DNA from: Candidatus Latescibacterota bacterium
GTDB taxonomy: Bacteria; Latescibacterota; UBA2968; UBA8231
Assembly (NCBI GenBank): GCA_965208105.1
Contig: OZ242318.1
Span: 2,688,001 to 2,752,000 of the forward strand
Length of the DNA: 64,000 nucleotides
Direction: 5' to 3'
How positions within the stretch are numbered: the first letter of the stretch is position 1; each line of letters opens with the position of its first letter. The notes beneath the pieces were generated by a model, which saw only the letters and a list, made by a program, of their open reading frames with translations, ran no database searches and was not told where the DNA came from. Positions 11,940 through 22,358 of the stretch are shown one piece after another. The position numbers and the translations under genes are program-made.

Positions 11940-12908
11940 TCAGGAGAAATAAGGCGCAATGTTCTTCTCGATGCGATCGGAGATCGGAACTGTGTCCAAT
12001 TCGGAAGAAAAGGACTCGCCCGTGACGCGTTCGAACAGATCGATGTAGCGCGCCGCCACCTGGGTGCGGATTTCCTCATCCAGCTCGGGAATGTTGTCGT
12101 CGGAGATGTTGCGCTCTTTGAGCCAAAGGCGCAAGAACTCCTTGTCCAGGCTCTCGGGCTCCTCACCGCGGGAGTGGCGCTCCTCGTAGGAATCAGCCAC
12201 CCAGTAGCGCGATGAGTCCGGAGTGTGGATTTCGTCGGCGACCGTGACCCGGCCCTGCCGGTCGAGCCCCATTTCGTACTTTGTGTCCACCAGAATAAGG
12301 CCCTGCCGGGCGGCCAACTCCGTTCCACGCGCAAAGAGGGCCAGGGCGATCTCCTCGACCTGCCCCCAGGTGTCCCTGGACACCAGCCCGCGTTCGAGAA
12401 TCTGCTGGGGAGAAATGGACTCGTCGTGGTCCTCGGCCTTGGTGGTCGGCGTAATGATCGGCTCGTCGAAGGGCTGGTTCTTCACCATGCCGTCGGGCAG
12501 GTCGACGCCGCAAAATTTGCGTACTCCCTTGTTGTAGTTGGTCCACACCGAGGTATCGGTACTTCCGGTGAGGTATCGGCGCACGACGATCTCCACGGGG
12601 AGCATGTCGAGTTCCTCGGCAACGGTGACATTGGGGTCCGGAACCGCAATCACCTGGTTGGGAGCAATATCGGAGGTTTGGTCGAACCAGTAGCGGGCGA
12701 TGCGATTGAGGACCTGTCCCTTCAAGGGAATGGTTCCGAGAACGTGGTCAAAGGCACTCTGGCGATCGGTGGCGATGAGGATGCGTTTGTCCTCGAGCAG
12801 GTACATGTCTCTGACCTTGCCCTGCCTGTAGTACTGCTGCCAGGATTCGTAGCGGGCTTCAAGCAGGCAGTTGTCGAGCTGGGATTCGATTTGCTCCTTC
12901 GATATCAT
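11940..12908 (-). CDS. purC: phosphoribosylaminoimidazole-succinocarboxamide synthase
   Basis: GKVRDMY, ATDRQSAFD, LVDTKYEMG, ADEIHTPDSSRYW and SLDKEFLR motifs. Confidence 0.96.
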   Translation of the reverse strand: MISKEQIESQLDNCLLEARYESWQQYYRQGKVRDMYLLEDKRILIATDRQSAFDHVLGTIPLKGQVLNRIARYWFDQTSDIAPNQVIAVPDPNVTVAEELDMLPVEIVVRRYLTGSTDTSVWTNYNKGVRKFCGVDLPDGMVKNQPFDEPIITPTTKAEDHDESISPQQILERGLVSRDTWGQVEEIALALFARGTELAARQGLILVDTKYEMGLDRQGRVTVADEIHTPDSSRYWVADSYEERHSRGEEPESLDKEFLRLWLKERNISDDNIPELDEEIRTQVAARYIDLFERVTGESFSSELDTVPISDRIEKNIAPYFS

Positions 12909-13322
12909 GGTTCCGGGCTCCTTGTTGTGTTTGTGCAGCACGGTGCCGGCAACGGGAGGATTGCGGCTGTTCAACCTTGATTTTCCCGGTTAATATAGGA
13001 GATTTGCCGGCGAAATCCACTCGGCTGCTCCGGTTGCCTGCTGCCCTCTTCTGGCTTTCCGGCCCGCTGCCGAACCGAATTCACCCAACCCTGCCGGGAA
13101 GTCGGCAACGCGGCAGCCGGGCTGTTTTCGGCGCTTGATCAATCTGGGGCCGGTCCTATGTTTCCCGGAGTGACGCGTACCGAGCCCTGGAGTAGATTGC
13201 ATGGACCCATTGGAGGTGGCCGGTCCCCAATTGCGGCATGCGGTGACCGTGGGCCTGGCCGCAGGCTCGCCGCCCGCTGCTGGATCTCGAGCCAAACCCC
13301 GCAAGGATAAATGGAGGCATGA

Positions 13323-13796
13323 ATGTGGTCGCGGATTTCGGCGTCTGTGATGATCGCCGCTTTGTGGGGCTGCGCGGACAGGGCGGAAATCGGTGAAACC
13401 GCAGCCTATGTCGCCCGGGTGAAGAAACTCCACCATTACAACCAGGAGATCCAGACCCGCATCGACTACTTCGCCGACCTCCATCTCGATGCCGGAGAAG
13501 CAGAGATGGAATCCGTGCGCACCTTGATTGAAGATTACGCCAGGGAGGTGAAATTATTGGGGGGACCCGATGATCCGGCTCTCCGGAGAATTCACGAACT
13601 GTACGTCCGCTCCCTCGAGGAATTCCTGGATCCGGGCAAGGATCGATCGGAGGGACCTGGGCAGCGGCGCCGTGCAGTCGCCCCAGGGTTGCGGCAGTTG
13701 CGGCGGAATATCAGAGACCTGGTTCACCCGGGTTTAAGGGTGCTGCTGGCGCGACGCAACCTGGATGGGGACGAATACGATTTGCGATGGCCCTAG
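13323..13796 (+). CDS. hypothetical lipoprotein
   Basis: GGAGG RBS; MWSRISASVMIAALWGC lipobox; ends in TAG at 13794-13796. Confidence 0.65.
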   Translation: MWSRISASVMIAALWGCADRAEIGETAAYVARVKKLHHYNQEIQTRIDYFADLHLDAGEAEMESVRTLIEDYAREVKLLGGPDDPALRRIHELYVRSLEEFLDPGKDRSEGPGQRRRAVAPGLRQLRRNIRDLVHPGLRVLLARRNLDGDEYDLRWP

Positions 13797-15346
13797 ACCT
13801 TATGTATTGACGGAGATATGAAAGACCTCCTCCGATTTCGGTTTTCGGGGGTTATCTTTGGGAAAACGGAGTTCACCCAAAGACCTATCCCCAGCGAAAA
13901 GGAGGAGGCCATGCGTAAATCTACGAAATTCGTCGCCTTGGACATACATAAAGATTCGATCACCGTCGCCCTGGCCGGTGAAGGCCTCCAAGGGCCAAAG
14001 CTGTATGGAACGATACCGTCTACGGGCGCTGCGTTGTCCAAGCTGGCGGGCCAACTGGCCCGTGGTGGGACCTCGTTGCGGTTTTGCTACGAGGCCGGAC
14101 CCTGCGGCTACGGCGTCTACCGTCAGCTCACAGCCCTGGGGCACGCCTGCACGGTGGTGGCGCCCTCGCTGATCCCGCGTCGGCCGGGCGACCGCATCAA
14201 GACCGACCGCCGCGATGCTGTGTCTCTGGTGCGGCTTTTCCAACACGGCGAGTTGACCCCCGTGTGGGTGCCCGACGAAGCGCAGGAGGCGATGCGCGAT
14301 CTGGAGCGCTGCCGGGAAGACTTCAAGCACGCCGAGCGCCGCGTGCGCCAGCGGCTGAACAGCTTCTTGCAGCGCCACGGCCGGATCTACTCCGGGCGCA
14401 GTCGCTGGACCCAAGCCCACTTTCGCTGGCTGCAGACCCAGCGCTTCGATCATCCGGCCCAGCAGATCGTCTTTCAGGAATACGTGGACGCGGTACAGGA
14501 AGCCCAAGGTCGGATCCAGGGGTTGGACCAGGCCCTGCAGCAGGCGCTGGAGGGATGGTCTTTGGAAGGGGAGACGCGGGCTATGAGGGCGCTGCGCGGG
14601 GTAGACACGCTCACCGCGGTTACGACCCTGGCCGAGTTGGGGGACCTCACCCGCTTTGACTCGCCGCGCCAACTGATGGCCTTCGTCGGTCTGGTCCCCA
14701 GCGAGCATTCCAGCGGCTCCCGCCAAAAGCGAGGGGCGATCACCAAGGCGGGCAACGCCCACGTGCGGCGCGTGCTGGTGGAAGCGGCCTGGTGCTATCG
14801 CTTTCCCGCCCGCAAGACGGCCGCCTTGCAACGACGCGCCGAACAGACCGCACCCCCCATACAGGCCATCGCCTGGAAGGCACAGAAACGCCTGTGTGGA
14901 CGCTATCGACGGCTGAGTGGGCGAGGGATGCCGAAGAACAAGGTGTGCTGCGCGATCGCGCGGGAGCTTTTGGGTTTCATCTGGGCCATCGCCTGGGAGC
15001 AGAAACGCCCCGGCCGCCTCGTGGCCAGGAGACCTCGGATCGCCGCCTGATAAGCTCATCGTCTCAGAAGCCGGCATAGGACCTTTGCTCATGTAAATCG
15101 AAACGGGACAGAAGGGACCGGTCAGGAGAATCCTCGAAGACACTATGAGGCGCCTTTTCAGGCTGACCCTCGACCATAGACTGAGGCCGCTCCGCGACGC
15201 ACCCAGGACAGGCGGTAGCCAACCCGCGAATATCAGTCGGATCAACCGTCGCTACAGCGTCCCTTCTGTTGCCGAACAAACTCATGCAAAGATAACACCC
15301 GAAATGACCACCCCGGAGGGGGTTGACAACCGTCAATACATATCAG
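13795..15346 (+). mobile_element. IS110-family element, IS1111-like
   Basis: Perfect 13-bp subterminal IRs TATGTATTGACGG (13801-13813) and CCGTCAATACATA (15330-15342); AG dinucleotide at both boundaries; about 290-bp non-coding region 3' of the transposase. Confidence 0.88.
13911..15050 (+). CDS. IS110-family transposase/recombinase
   Basis: VALDIHKDSI, CYEAGPCG, IKTDRRDA, GLVPSEHSSG and ITKAGN motifs; GGAGGAGG RBS. Confidence 0.95.
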   Translation: MRKSTKFVALDIHKDSITVALAGEGLQGPKLYGTIPSTGAALSKLAGQLARGGTSLRFCYEAGPCGYGVYRQLTALGHACTVVAPSLIPRRPGDRIKTDRRDAVSLVRLFQHGELTPVWVPDEAQEAMRDLERCREDFKHAERRVRQRLNSFLQRHGRIYSGRSRWTQAHFRWLQTQRFDHPAQQIVFQEYVDAVQEAQGRIQGLDQALQQALEGWSLEGETRAMRALRGVDTLTAVTTLAELGDLTRFDSPRQLMAFVGLVPSEHSSGSRQKRGAITKAGNAHVRRVLVEAAWCYRFPARKTAALQRRAEQTAPPIQAIAWKAQKRLCGRYRRLSGRGMPKNKVCCAIARELLGFIWAIAWEQKRPGRLVARRPRIAA

Positions 15347-15507
15347 TGTCCCGTCGCAGAGATAGGTTGACGCAATTGGGCCGCCGAGGCGCCCGGCTCA
15401 CAAGGCGCCTGAGCGAGTCGTACCAGTGGTGTACGGCGAGTGAAGGCAACGCCGTGAGCCGGGATGGATCGGGGGAATAATGGCGACATATCTCTGCGAC
15501 GGGACAC
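15346..15507 (+). mobile_element. 162-bp MITE, copy 1
   Basis: Terminal IRs GTGTCCCGTCGCAGAGATA...TATCTCTGCGACGGGACAC; near-identical to copies at 17194 and 36011. Confidence 0.9.
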
Positions 15508-15517
15508 TGGCAGATTA

Positions 15518-16999
15518 TCAGGGAAGCAGGCGAGGTCGGATGAGAGGTACCCGGAATTGCAGTGCGGACATGAGACCGCTATAGAGAAAGCCGGCGTGGA
15601 AGAGCAGAAGGAAAGGCAGACCCAGGTAGAGATCGACCGACCATGCGCTGTAGAGAATGAAGCCGAAGTAGACGGCCATGGACAACTCGAGGAAGGCCTG
15701 CGCGTTTCTGCGAGCGCTGTATTTCCATTTCCTGACCGAGCTGTCCCGGTGAACCACTCCGTATTTGGGAGTGCGTCTGAAATCGCTCTTATGGCCGATC
15801 AACCCCTCGACCACCGCCCGGGAGTTGTTGATGCACAGGCTCATCCCCAGGGCCATCAGCAAGGGCAGATACTTGATCTGTGCCTTCCAGTTGGAATAGA
15901 GAGCCCGCTGTGAGGCAATGTAAAAACCGGAGATGGCCATGGTCGCCAGGGTGAACAGGGGCAGGTCGACGATGAGCAAGCGCTCCCACCCCAGGTGTGA
16001 ACGGATATTCACCACCGGCAGGCTCAGCAGGGCCACCAGGAGCATCAGGATATAGCAGATGTTGGTGGTGAGATGGAAAGTCGCCTCGATTTTCACCCTG
16101 AGGGGGAAGCTGCTGCCCCAGATTCGCGGCAGCAGCTTCTTTGCCGTCTGCGCCGAACCTTTGGTCCAGCGGTGCTGCTGCAACTTGAAGGCGTTTATTT
16201 CGACGGGGATTTCTCCAGGAACCGAAATCTGGGGCACATAGAGAAACCTCCAGCCTGCCAGTTGGGCCCTGTAGCTCAGGTCCAGGTCCTCGGTAAGGGT
16301 ATCGTGCTGCCAACCTCCGGCATCGACGATTGCCCGCTTCCTCCAGATGCCGGCGGTGCCGTTGAAATTGAAGAAGCGACCGGAGCGGTTGCGCGCCGTG
16401 TGCTCGATCATGAAGTGGCCGTCGAGGAAAATCGATTGTATTCGGGTCAGCAGGGAGTAACGGCGGTTGAGATGGCTCCAGCGCATCTGCACCATCCCGA
16501 TCCGGGGATCGGTGAAATAGTGGATGACCTCGTGCAGAATCCCGGGTGGAGGAACGAAGTCGGCGTCGAAGATGAGAACAAACTCCCCCTTGGCCTTTTC
16601 AAGGCCGGCCGCCAGGGCTCCGGCCTTGAAACCCCTGCGCGAACCGCGGTTCATGTACTCGATGTCGAGCCCCTTGCCGGCGAGGCGGCGGGTAATTTCG
16701 CGGGCCTTCTCACAGGTCTCGTCCCGGGAGTCGTCCAGGACCTGTATTTGCAAGCGGTCGCTGGGATATTCGATTCTGCTTACCGCTCCAAGAAGTCGTT
16801 CTACGACGTGAAGCTCGTTGTAGAGGGGAAGTTGAATGGTGACGGAGGGCAGGGTTTCGAAGCGCTCGCGGGGAAGAACGGGAGCGTCCTGGTGCTTGTA
16901 GAACAAGTGCAGAATCAGGTAGCGGTGGGCACCATAAATAGATAGCAGGCCTATCACCATGCAGTATAGGATCAGGATGGAACTTTCCCAGAATGTCAT
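15518..16999 (-). CDS. GT2 processive glycosyltransferase (cellulose-synthase-like)
   Basis: QLPLYNE, GFKAGAL, FDADF, TEDLDLS and QQHRW (D,D,D,QxxRW) motifs; C-terminal TM helices. Confidence 0.92.
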   Translation of the reverse strand: MTFWESSILILYCMVIGLLSIYGAHRYLILHLFYKHQDAPVLPRERFETLPSVTIQLPLYNELHVVERLLGAVSRIEYPSDRLQIQVLDDSRDETCEKAREITRRLAGKGLDIEYMNRGSRRGFKAGALAAGLEKAKGEFVLIFDADFVPPPGILHEVIHYFTDPRIGMVQMRWSHLNRRYSLLTRIQSIFLDGHFMIEHTARNRSGRFFNFNGTAGIWRKRAIVDAGGWQHDTLTEDLDLSYRAQLAGWRFLYVPQISVPGEIPVEINAFKLQQHRWTKGSAQTAKKLLPRIWGSSFPLRVKIEATFHLTTNICYILMLLVALLSLPVVNIRSHLGWERLLIVDLPLFTLATMAISGFYIASQRALYSNWKAQIKYLPLLMALGMSLCINNSRAVVEGLIGHKSDFRRTPKYGVVHRDSSVRKWKYSARRNAQAFLELSMAVYFGFILYSAWSVDLYLGLPFLLLFHAGFLYSGLMSALQFRVPLIRPRLLP

Positions 17000-17193
17000 C
17001 TTTCTATCATGGGAAATGAGGTGTGGATAGTGTCCCCTCCCGATACTTCCATGCGGCTACCCGGCAACGGCATCCTGACCGGAGGCGCGGGGCTGATCCG
17101 CCCGAATTCATCAACGCGGCTCCTCCGCGCGCCCCGCATGCCTGGCGTCTTCAGCCGGTCAGATTCTGCAGCTATTCCCGAGGCGACGCCCTA

Positions 17194-17355
17194 GTGTCCC
17201 GTCGCAGAGATATGTTGCCATTATTCCGCCGATCCATCCCGGCTCACGGCGTTGCCTTCCCTCGCCGTACACCACTGGTACGACTCGCTCAGGCGCCTTG
17301 TGAGCCGGGCGCCTCGGCGGCCCAATTGCGTCAACCTATCTCTGCGACGGGACAC
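17194..17355 (-). mobile_element. 162-bp MITE, copy 2
   Basis: Reverse complement of copy 1; flanked by CTA| and |TAG (TA duplication); abuts the secA stop codon. Confidence 0.9.
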
Positions 17356-20300
17356 TAGGCGGCGCGGCCGCAGCATTTTTTGAACTTCTTTCCGCTGCCA
17401 CAGGGACACGGCGCGTTGCGGCCCACTTTGGGCTGGGCACGCACCGGTTGGCGCACGGCCGGTGCCTCCCGGGCGCTGCCCGACGCGGAGATCCGGCTAT
17501 CGTTGCGGGCGGTGCCAGGGCTGGCCGGAGTGCTGCCGAAACCCAGGTTTGTAGCCTCGCGATGGGTGGAGCTGTAGTCACCGGCGGGAATCTGGCGCTG
17601 GCCCAGGTCAGTGGCATCAAAATCGATACGCAGCCTGAAGATGTGCCGCAGGGTCTCCTGCTCGATCCTGGCGATCAGACTTTCGAAGAGATCGTATGCC
17701 CCTTTCTTGTACTCGATCAGGGGGTTTTTGCCCCCCACGCCGGCAAAGCCCACACCCTCCTTGAGCTCGTCCATTTCATACAGGTGCTCCTGCCAGCATG
17801 TATCGATGGTGTGGAGCACGATGGCCTTCTCCACCTCCCGGAAAGAATCCTCGCCGACCAGATCCAGGCGCCGGCGGTAGGACTCCTGCACGCTGTCGTT
17901 GAGTTGGCTGCGCAACTCGTCGTATGAGATGTTGGCGCGCTCTTCCTCCGCCGTGGGAAGCCCCATGAAAAAGGTATTGCCGATTTCGCCCTGCAGGCCC
18001 TTCCAGTCCCACTCTTCCGAGTAGACCTGTGGATCCACATATCCCTCCAGGCACGAGTCTACCGTGGACTCAACCATCTCGGCGACCTGTTCGGCGGCGG
18101 TATCGTGCTCCAGGAGATCGTTGCGGCGGTTGTAGATGACCTGGCGCTGCTGGTTCATTACGTCGTCGTAGTCGAGCAGGTGCTTGCGGATCTCGAAATT
18201 TCGCGCCTCGACCTTTTTTTGCGCCCGCTGGATGGACCTCGTGACCATCGAGTGCTCGATTACCTCCCCCTCCTCCGCCCCCAGGCGGTCCATGACCGAG
18301 GCGATGCGTTCGGATCCGAAGAGGCGCATCAGATCGTCCTCGAGAGAAAGAAAAAAGCGCGAGGAACCCGGATCGCCCTGGCGGCCGGCTCGACCGCGCA
18401 GCTGTCGGTCGATGCGGCGAGCGTCATGGCGCTCGGTACCGATCACCTGCAAGCCGCACGGGTTCTCAACCAGGTGAGCGCGCAGGGTCTCGCCCGAGGG
18501 CATGCGGTCGTCCAGGGTAAGCGCCGACTCGAGCAGTTGTCGGTCCACCCGGACCACCGAAGGATCCAGCTTGATGTCGGTTCCGCGGCCGGCCATGTTG
18601 GTGGCAATGGTCACGGTGCCGGGTTGTCCGGCCTGGGTGATGATCTGGGCCTCCTTTTCGTGGTAGCGGGCATTGAGGAGCTGATGTTTAACCCCGTTGC
18701 GCGTCAGCATGCGGCTTAGAAGCTCGGAGACCTCCACCGAAATGGTGCCTACGAGTACGGGCAGCTTCAGGTCATGCAGCCGGCCGATCTCGTCGATGAT
18801 CGCATTGTACTTCTCGCGCTTGGTGCGGTAAATCAGATCGTCCATGTCCACCCGGCGGACGGGCCGATTGGTCGGCACGACCACCACTTCAAGATTGTAG
18901 ATCTTGTAGAGCTCCTCCGATTCCGTTTCGGCAGTCCCGGTCATTCCGGCCAGCTTGTCGTACATGCGGAAGAGGTTCTGCAGGGTAATGGTGGCGATTG
19001 TCTGGGTTTCCTGCTGGATCTTGACCCCTTCCTTTGCCTCCAGGGCCTGGTGCAGGCCATCGGAAAAACGCCGCCCCGGCTGCGGCCGGCCGGTCGACTC
19101 GTCGACGATCACCACCCGACCGTCATCCGTGACCATGTACTGGACGTCTTTTTCAAAGAGGGTGTAGGCGCGCATGAGCTGGTTGATATTGTGAACCGCC
19201 TCGCTTTTCCGGGCGTGGTTGCGATAGGCTTCCTCCTCCCCGAGCGCGCGCTCGTCAGGGTCAAGGTTCTCGTCGCGCTGAATTCGGTCGATGTCAGCGC
19301 TGATGTCGGGAAGTATGAAGAGGGCCTGTTCGTCGGGTGAGAGCAAATCCCGCCCCTTGTCGGTCAGATCGATGGTATGGCTCTTCTCGTCGACCACGTA
19401 GTAAAGGGCCTCGTCGAGCTCGCCCATGCGCTTGTCGCGCATGTAGTCGGCTTCCACCCTGGCAATCAGGCGCTTGGTGCCCTCCCCCTGCAGGATCTTC
19501 ATCAGGCGGCGGTTCTTCGGAGCACCGCGCACCGCCCGGAAAAGGTCAATCCCCACATCGTAGTCGTCCTCCTCCTCCAGGCGCTTTTTCTCCGTGTTGG
19601 CGATGACCCTGTTCACCAGGGAAGTCTGGGCACGCAGGAGCTTCTGTACAAGAGGCTTGAGGTCGCCGTAGCGGTTGCTCGATTCCGGCACCGGACCGGA
19701 GATAATCAGGGGGGTGCGCGCATCGTCGATCAGGTTGGAGTCCGCCTCGTCAATGATGGCGAAGTTGAACTCCCGCTGCATTATGTCCTGGCGCCGGGAG
19801 GCCATGTTGTCGTAGAGATAGTGGAAGCCTACCTGGTCCTTGGTGGCGTAGACGATGTCGGCGGCATAGGCTTCCTTCCAGGTAGACTCCTCCCAGGAGT
19901 ACTCCTCGGGGACACCTTCCGGCACGGGCAGGTAATAAGCTTCGGCACCCCCCGTCTGGTGCGCGTCCTGGATAATTCCAACGGACATGCCAAGGAAGTT
20001 GTAGATCGGCCCCATCCACATGGCGTCGCGCTTGGCCAGGTAATTGTTGTGAGTGACCAGGTGGACACCGCGTCCGGACAGGGCATTGAGGTATAGTGGC
20101 ATGGTGGCCACCAGGGTCTTGCCCTCGCCGGTGGCCATCTCGGCTATCTTCCCCTGGTGCAAAACCTCGCCGCCGAAAAGCTGAACGTCGTAGGGGACCA
20201 TTTCCCACTCCATCGTTTCACCCATCACATCCCACTTCCGCCCCAGCAGCCGGCGGCATGTCTCGCGCACGAGGGCGAAGGTGCTGGGCAGAATTTCGTC

Positions 20301-20609
20301 GAGGACCTCAGCCTCAATCCGGCGGATCTCCCGCTCCAGAGCGTCGAATTCGTCGTTGAGCCGCTCGCGCTCGTCGGGGTCCATGTCGGAACGGAGTTTG
20401 TCCGCCAGGGCGCTGGATTGGCCGGCGCGGTCTCCGATGCGGGCTCGAAGCCGGGCTCTGAACTCGGCGGTTTTGGCCTGGAGCTGTGCTGGGCTCAAGG
20501 GCGCGTATGCCGTTTCGAATTCCTTGATCGCCTCGATTCGGGGAGCGCTTTTCCTGAACTGGCGATCAGCCTGCGATCCGAACGCTTTTTTAAAGATTGC
20601 TCCTAGCAT
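17355..20609 (-). CDS. secA: preprotein translocase ATPase SecA
   Basis: EMATGEGKT, IIDEADS, ATNMAGRGTDI and QLRGRAGRQGDPG motifs; C-terminal SEC-C GRNAPCPCGSGKKFKKCC. Confidence 0.98.
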   Translation of the reverse strand: MLGAIFKKAFGSQADRQFRKSAPRIEAIKEFETAYAPLSPAQLQAKTAEFRARLRARIGDRAGQSSALADKLRSDMDPDERERLNDEFDALEREIRRIEAEVLDEILPSTFALVRETCRRLLGRKWDVMGETMEWEMVPYDVQLFGGEVLHQGKIAEMATGEGKTLVATMPLYLNALSGRGVHLVTHNNYLAKRDAMWMGPIYNFLGMSVGIIQDAHQTGGAEAYYLPVPEGVPEEYSWEESTWKEAYAADIVYATKDQVGFHYLYDNMASRRQDIMQREFNFAIIDEADSNLIDDARTPLIISGPVPESSNRYGDLKPLVQKLLRAQTSLVNRVIANTEKKRLEEEDDYDVGIDLFRAVRGAPKNRRLMKILQGEGTKRLIARVEADYMRDKRMGELDEALYYVVDEKSHTIDLTDKGRDLLSPDEQALFILPDISADIDRIQRDENLDPDERALGEEEAYRNHARKSEAVHNINQLMRAYTLFEKDVQYMVTDDGRVVIVDESTGRPQPGRRFSDGLHQALEAKEGVKIQQETQTIATITLQNLFRMYDKLAGMTGTAETESEELYKIYNLEVVVVPTNRPVRRVDMDDLIYRTKREKYNAIIDEIGRLHDLKLPVLVGTISVEVSELLSRMLTRNGVKHQLLNARYHEKEAQIITQAGQPGTVTIATNMAGRGTDIKLDPSVVRVDRQLLESALTLDDRMPSGETLRAHLVENPCGLQVIGTERHDARRIDRQLRGRAGRQGDPGSSRFFLSLEDDLMRLFGSERIASVMDRLGAEEGEVIEHSMVTRSIQRAQKKVEARNFEIRKHLLDYDDVMNQQRQVIYNRRNDLLEHDTAAEQVAEMVESTVDSCLEGYVDPQVYSEEWDWKGLQGEIGNTFFMGLPTAEEERANISYDELRSQLNDSVQESYRRRLDLVGEDSFREVEKAIVLHTIDTCWQEHLYEMDELKEGVGFAGVGGKNPLIEYKKGAYDLFESLIARIEQETLRHIFRLRIDFDATDLGQRQIPAGDYSSTHREATNLGFGSTPASPGTARNDSRISASGSAREAPAVRQPVRAQPKVGRNAPCPCGSGKKFKKCCGRAA

Positions 20610-20671
20610 TTTGTCACCTCTATGGTGACTCCCGGGAAAGCTGGCGTCCCGGGAGCGATCCATTCAGGCCT

Positions 20672-21418
20672 TCAGCGTCCACTGGCCAGGCGCTGGGCAA
20701 GCACGGCGGGCAGGCCTGCTGCGAGAATTTTTCTTTGCGCCGCGCCGATGTCGTAGGCGACGCGGACGAATTCCAGGGTCTGGCGCTCGTCGTCCCAGAT
20801 CAGAAAGCAACTGCGCGAGTCTCCGTCGCGGGGCTGACCGACACTGCCGACGTTGACCAGGTAGCGCCGGTTCTCCTCGATTGCGAAGGCCTCTGCCGGA
20901 ATTCCGGCCATTTCCACCTGGGTCCGGTCCTGGATACATGCAAAGGGATGGTGTGAATGACCAACAAAACAAAAACGGGCATCGGTGGCATTCAGGGCGT
21001 CTATGGCGTCGGCGCGGGACAGCACGTATTTCCAAAGGCCGGGACAGCGCGGTTCGGCATGGACAAAGAGGGCGTCCCCGAAGGACCTGGTCAGGGGAAG
21101 AGCGGCCAGGTAGTCGCGCTCGGACGGTGCCAGTTGATCCGCGGTCCAAATGGCCGCCTGGCGAGCATGCTGGTTGAAATAACCCAGGTCCACCAGGCCG
21201 ACCGCCGCAGCGTCGTGATTGCCGAGCAGGGTCTGGTCGGTCAGGCGCCTGATCTGTTCGAGACAGGCCTTGGGATCAGCCCCGTACCCGACGATATCCC
21301 CAAGGCAGATCCACCTGTCGATGCAGTGCTGACCCGCCGCACCGCAAACCGCCTGCAAAGCCTCGAGGTTGGCGTGGATATCCGAGAGTATGGCCGTGCG
21401 CATGGATCGATATTCCAC
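20672..21418 (-). CDS. calcineurin-like metallophosphoesterase
   Basis: SDIHANLEAL, LGDIVGYG, GNHD, GHSH and NVGSVGQPRD motifs. Confidence 0.92.
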   Translation of the reverse strand: MEYRSMRTAILSDIHANLEALQAVCGAAGQHCIDRWICLGDIVGYGADPKACLEQIRRLTDQTLLGNHDAAAVGLVDLGYFNQHARQAAIWTADQLAPSERDYLAALPLTRSFGDALFVHAEPRCPGLWKYVLSRADAIDALNATDARFCFVGHSHHPFACIQDRTQVEMAGIPAEAFAIEENRRYLVNVGSVGQPRDGDSRSCFLIWDDERQTLEFVRVAYDIGAAQRKILAAGLPAVLAQRLASGR

Positions 21419-21424
21419 CAGGAT

Positions 21425-21889
21425 TCAGAGCGGCAGTCCTTTCTGGCGGACAATGGCGTCGAGGATGCCGTTGATGAACGCATAGGACTGTTCGGTGCTG
21501 TAGGTCTTGGCCAACTCGATCGCCTCGTCGATGGAAACCCGCACAGGAATGTCGGTGAAGTAAAGTATCTCGGTCAGGGCAAGTTGCAGGATGATCCAAT
21601 CGATCCGGGCAATGCGCTCCTTGCGCCACTGGGTGGCGGTGGAGCTGATCAATTCTTCCAGCTCAGGGGCGTGGGCGCCAACCCCGTGAATGATTTCGGA
21701 GGCGAAGGCGAGCACCGGGACGGAAAGGTCCAGGGACCCCGCCAGTTGGCCCATGCTCGCATCGATGTCACCGGGCGAAGAGGCGTCCCAGTAGAGTGCC
21801 TGCAGGGCAAGCTGGCGAGCGCCGCGGCGGTTGTCCGGGGGCGCCTCGTCCACTCCCAACAACGCTTCGATTTCCCCTTCTACAACCAT
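21425..21889 (-). CDS. nusB: transcription antitermination factor NusB
   Basis: RRGARQLALQALY, IDEAIELAK and FINGILD motifs; follows ribH. Confidence 0.93.
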   Translation of the reverse strand: MVVEGEIEALLGVDEAPPDNRRGARQLALQALYWDASSPGDIDASMGQLAGSLDLSVPVLAFASEIIHGVGAHAPELEELISSTATQWRKERIARIDWIILQLALTEILYFTDIPVRVSIDEAIELAKTYSTEQSYAFINGILDAIVRQKGLPL

Positions 21890-21890
21890 G

Positions 21891-22358
21891 TCAGGAGAGG
21901 TTATCCATCAGACTGGCCATCTCGATGGCGTTGAGCGCCGCGTCCCAGCCGCGGTTGCCCGCGCGGGCACCGGCGCGCTCGATGGCCTGTTCCACGTTGT
22001 CCGTGGTGACAACCCCAAAGGTAACCGGGGTGCCGCCATCGAGCCCTACCCGGGAAATTCCCTTGGCGACCTCGGCGGCAACGAAATCGAAGTGGGGGGT
22101 GTCACTGCGGATGATTGCGCCCAGGCAAATGACGGTGGCAAAGCGACCGGTGGCAACCATTTTCTGGGCTACTACGGGTAGCTCGAAGGACCCCGGGACC
22201 CAGGCAATCTCGATGTCCTCCTCCACTGCGCCGTGGCGCTGCAGGCAATCCAGGGCGCCATCGAGGAGCTTTGCAGTGATAAGCTGATTGAAACGGCTTA
22301 CAACGATGGCGAACCTTTGCCCCTGTGCGGCCAGGTTGCCTTCATGCACTTTTGGCAT
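21891..22358 (-). CDS. ribH: 6,7-dimethyl-8-ribityllumazine synthase
   Basis: [16 protein letters not shown] and TPHFDFV motifs; start MPKVHEG. Confidence 0.96.
   Translation of the reverse strand: MPKVHEGNLAAQGQRFAIVVSRFNQLITAKLLDGALDCLQRHGAVEEDIEIAWVPGSFELPVVAQKMVATGRFATVICLGAIIRSDTPHFDFVAAEVAKGISRVGLDGGTPVTFGVVTTDNVEQAIERAGARAGNRGWDAALNAIEMASLMDNLS

Noticed and set aside
15145-17409. Small ORFs with the repeated peptide VSRRRDRLTQLGRRGARLTRRLSESYQW
   Set aside because: They are read through the MITE copies; there is no evidence they are genes.
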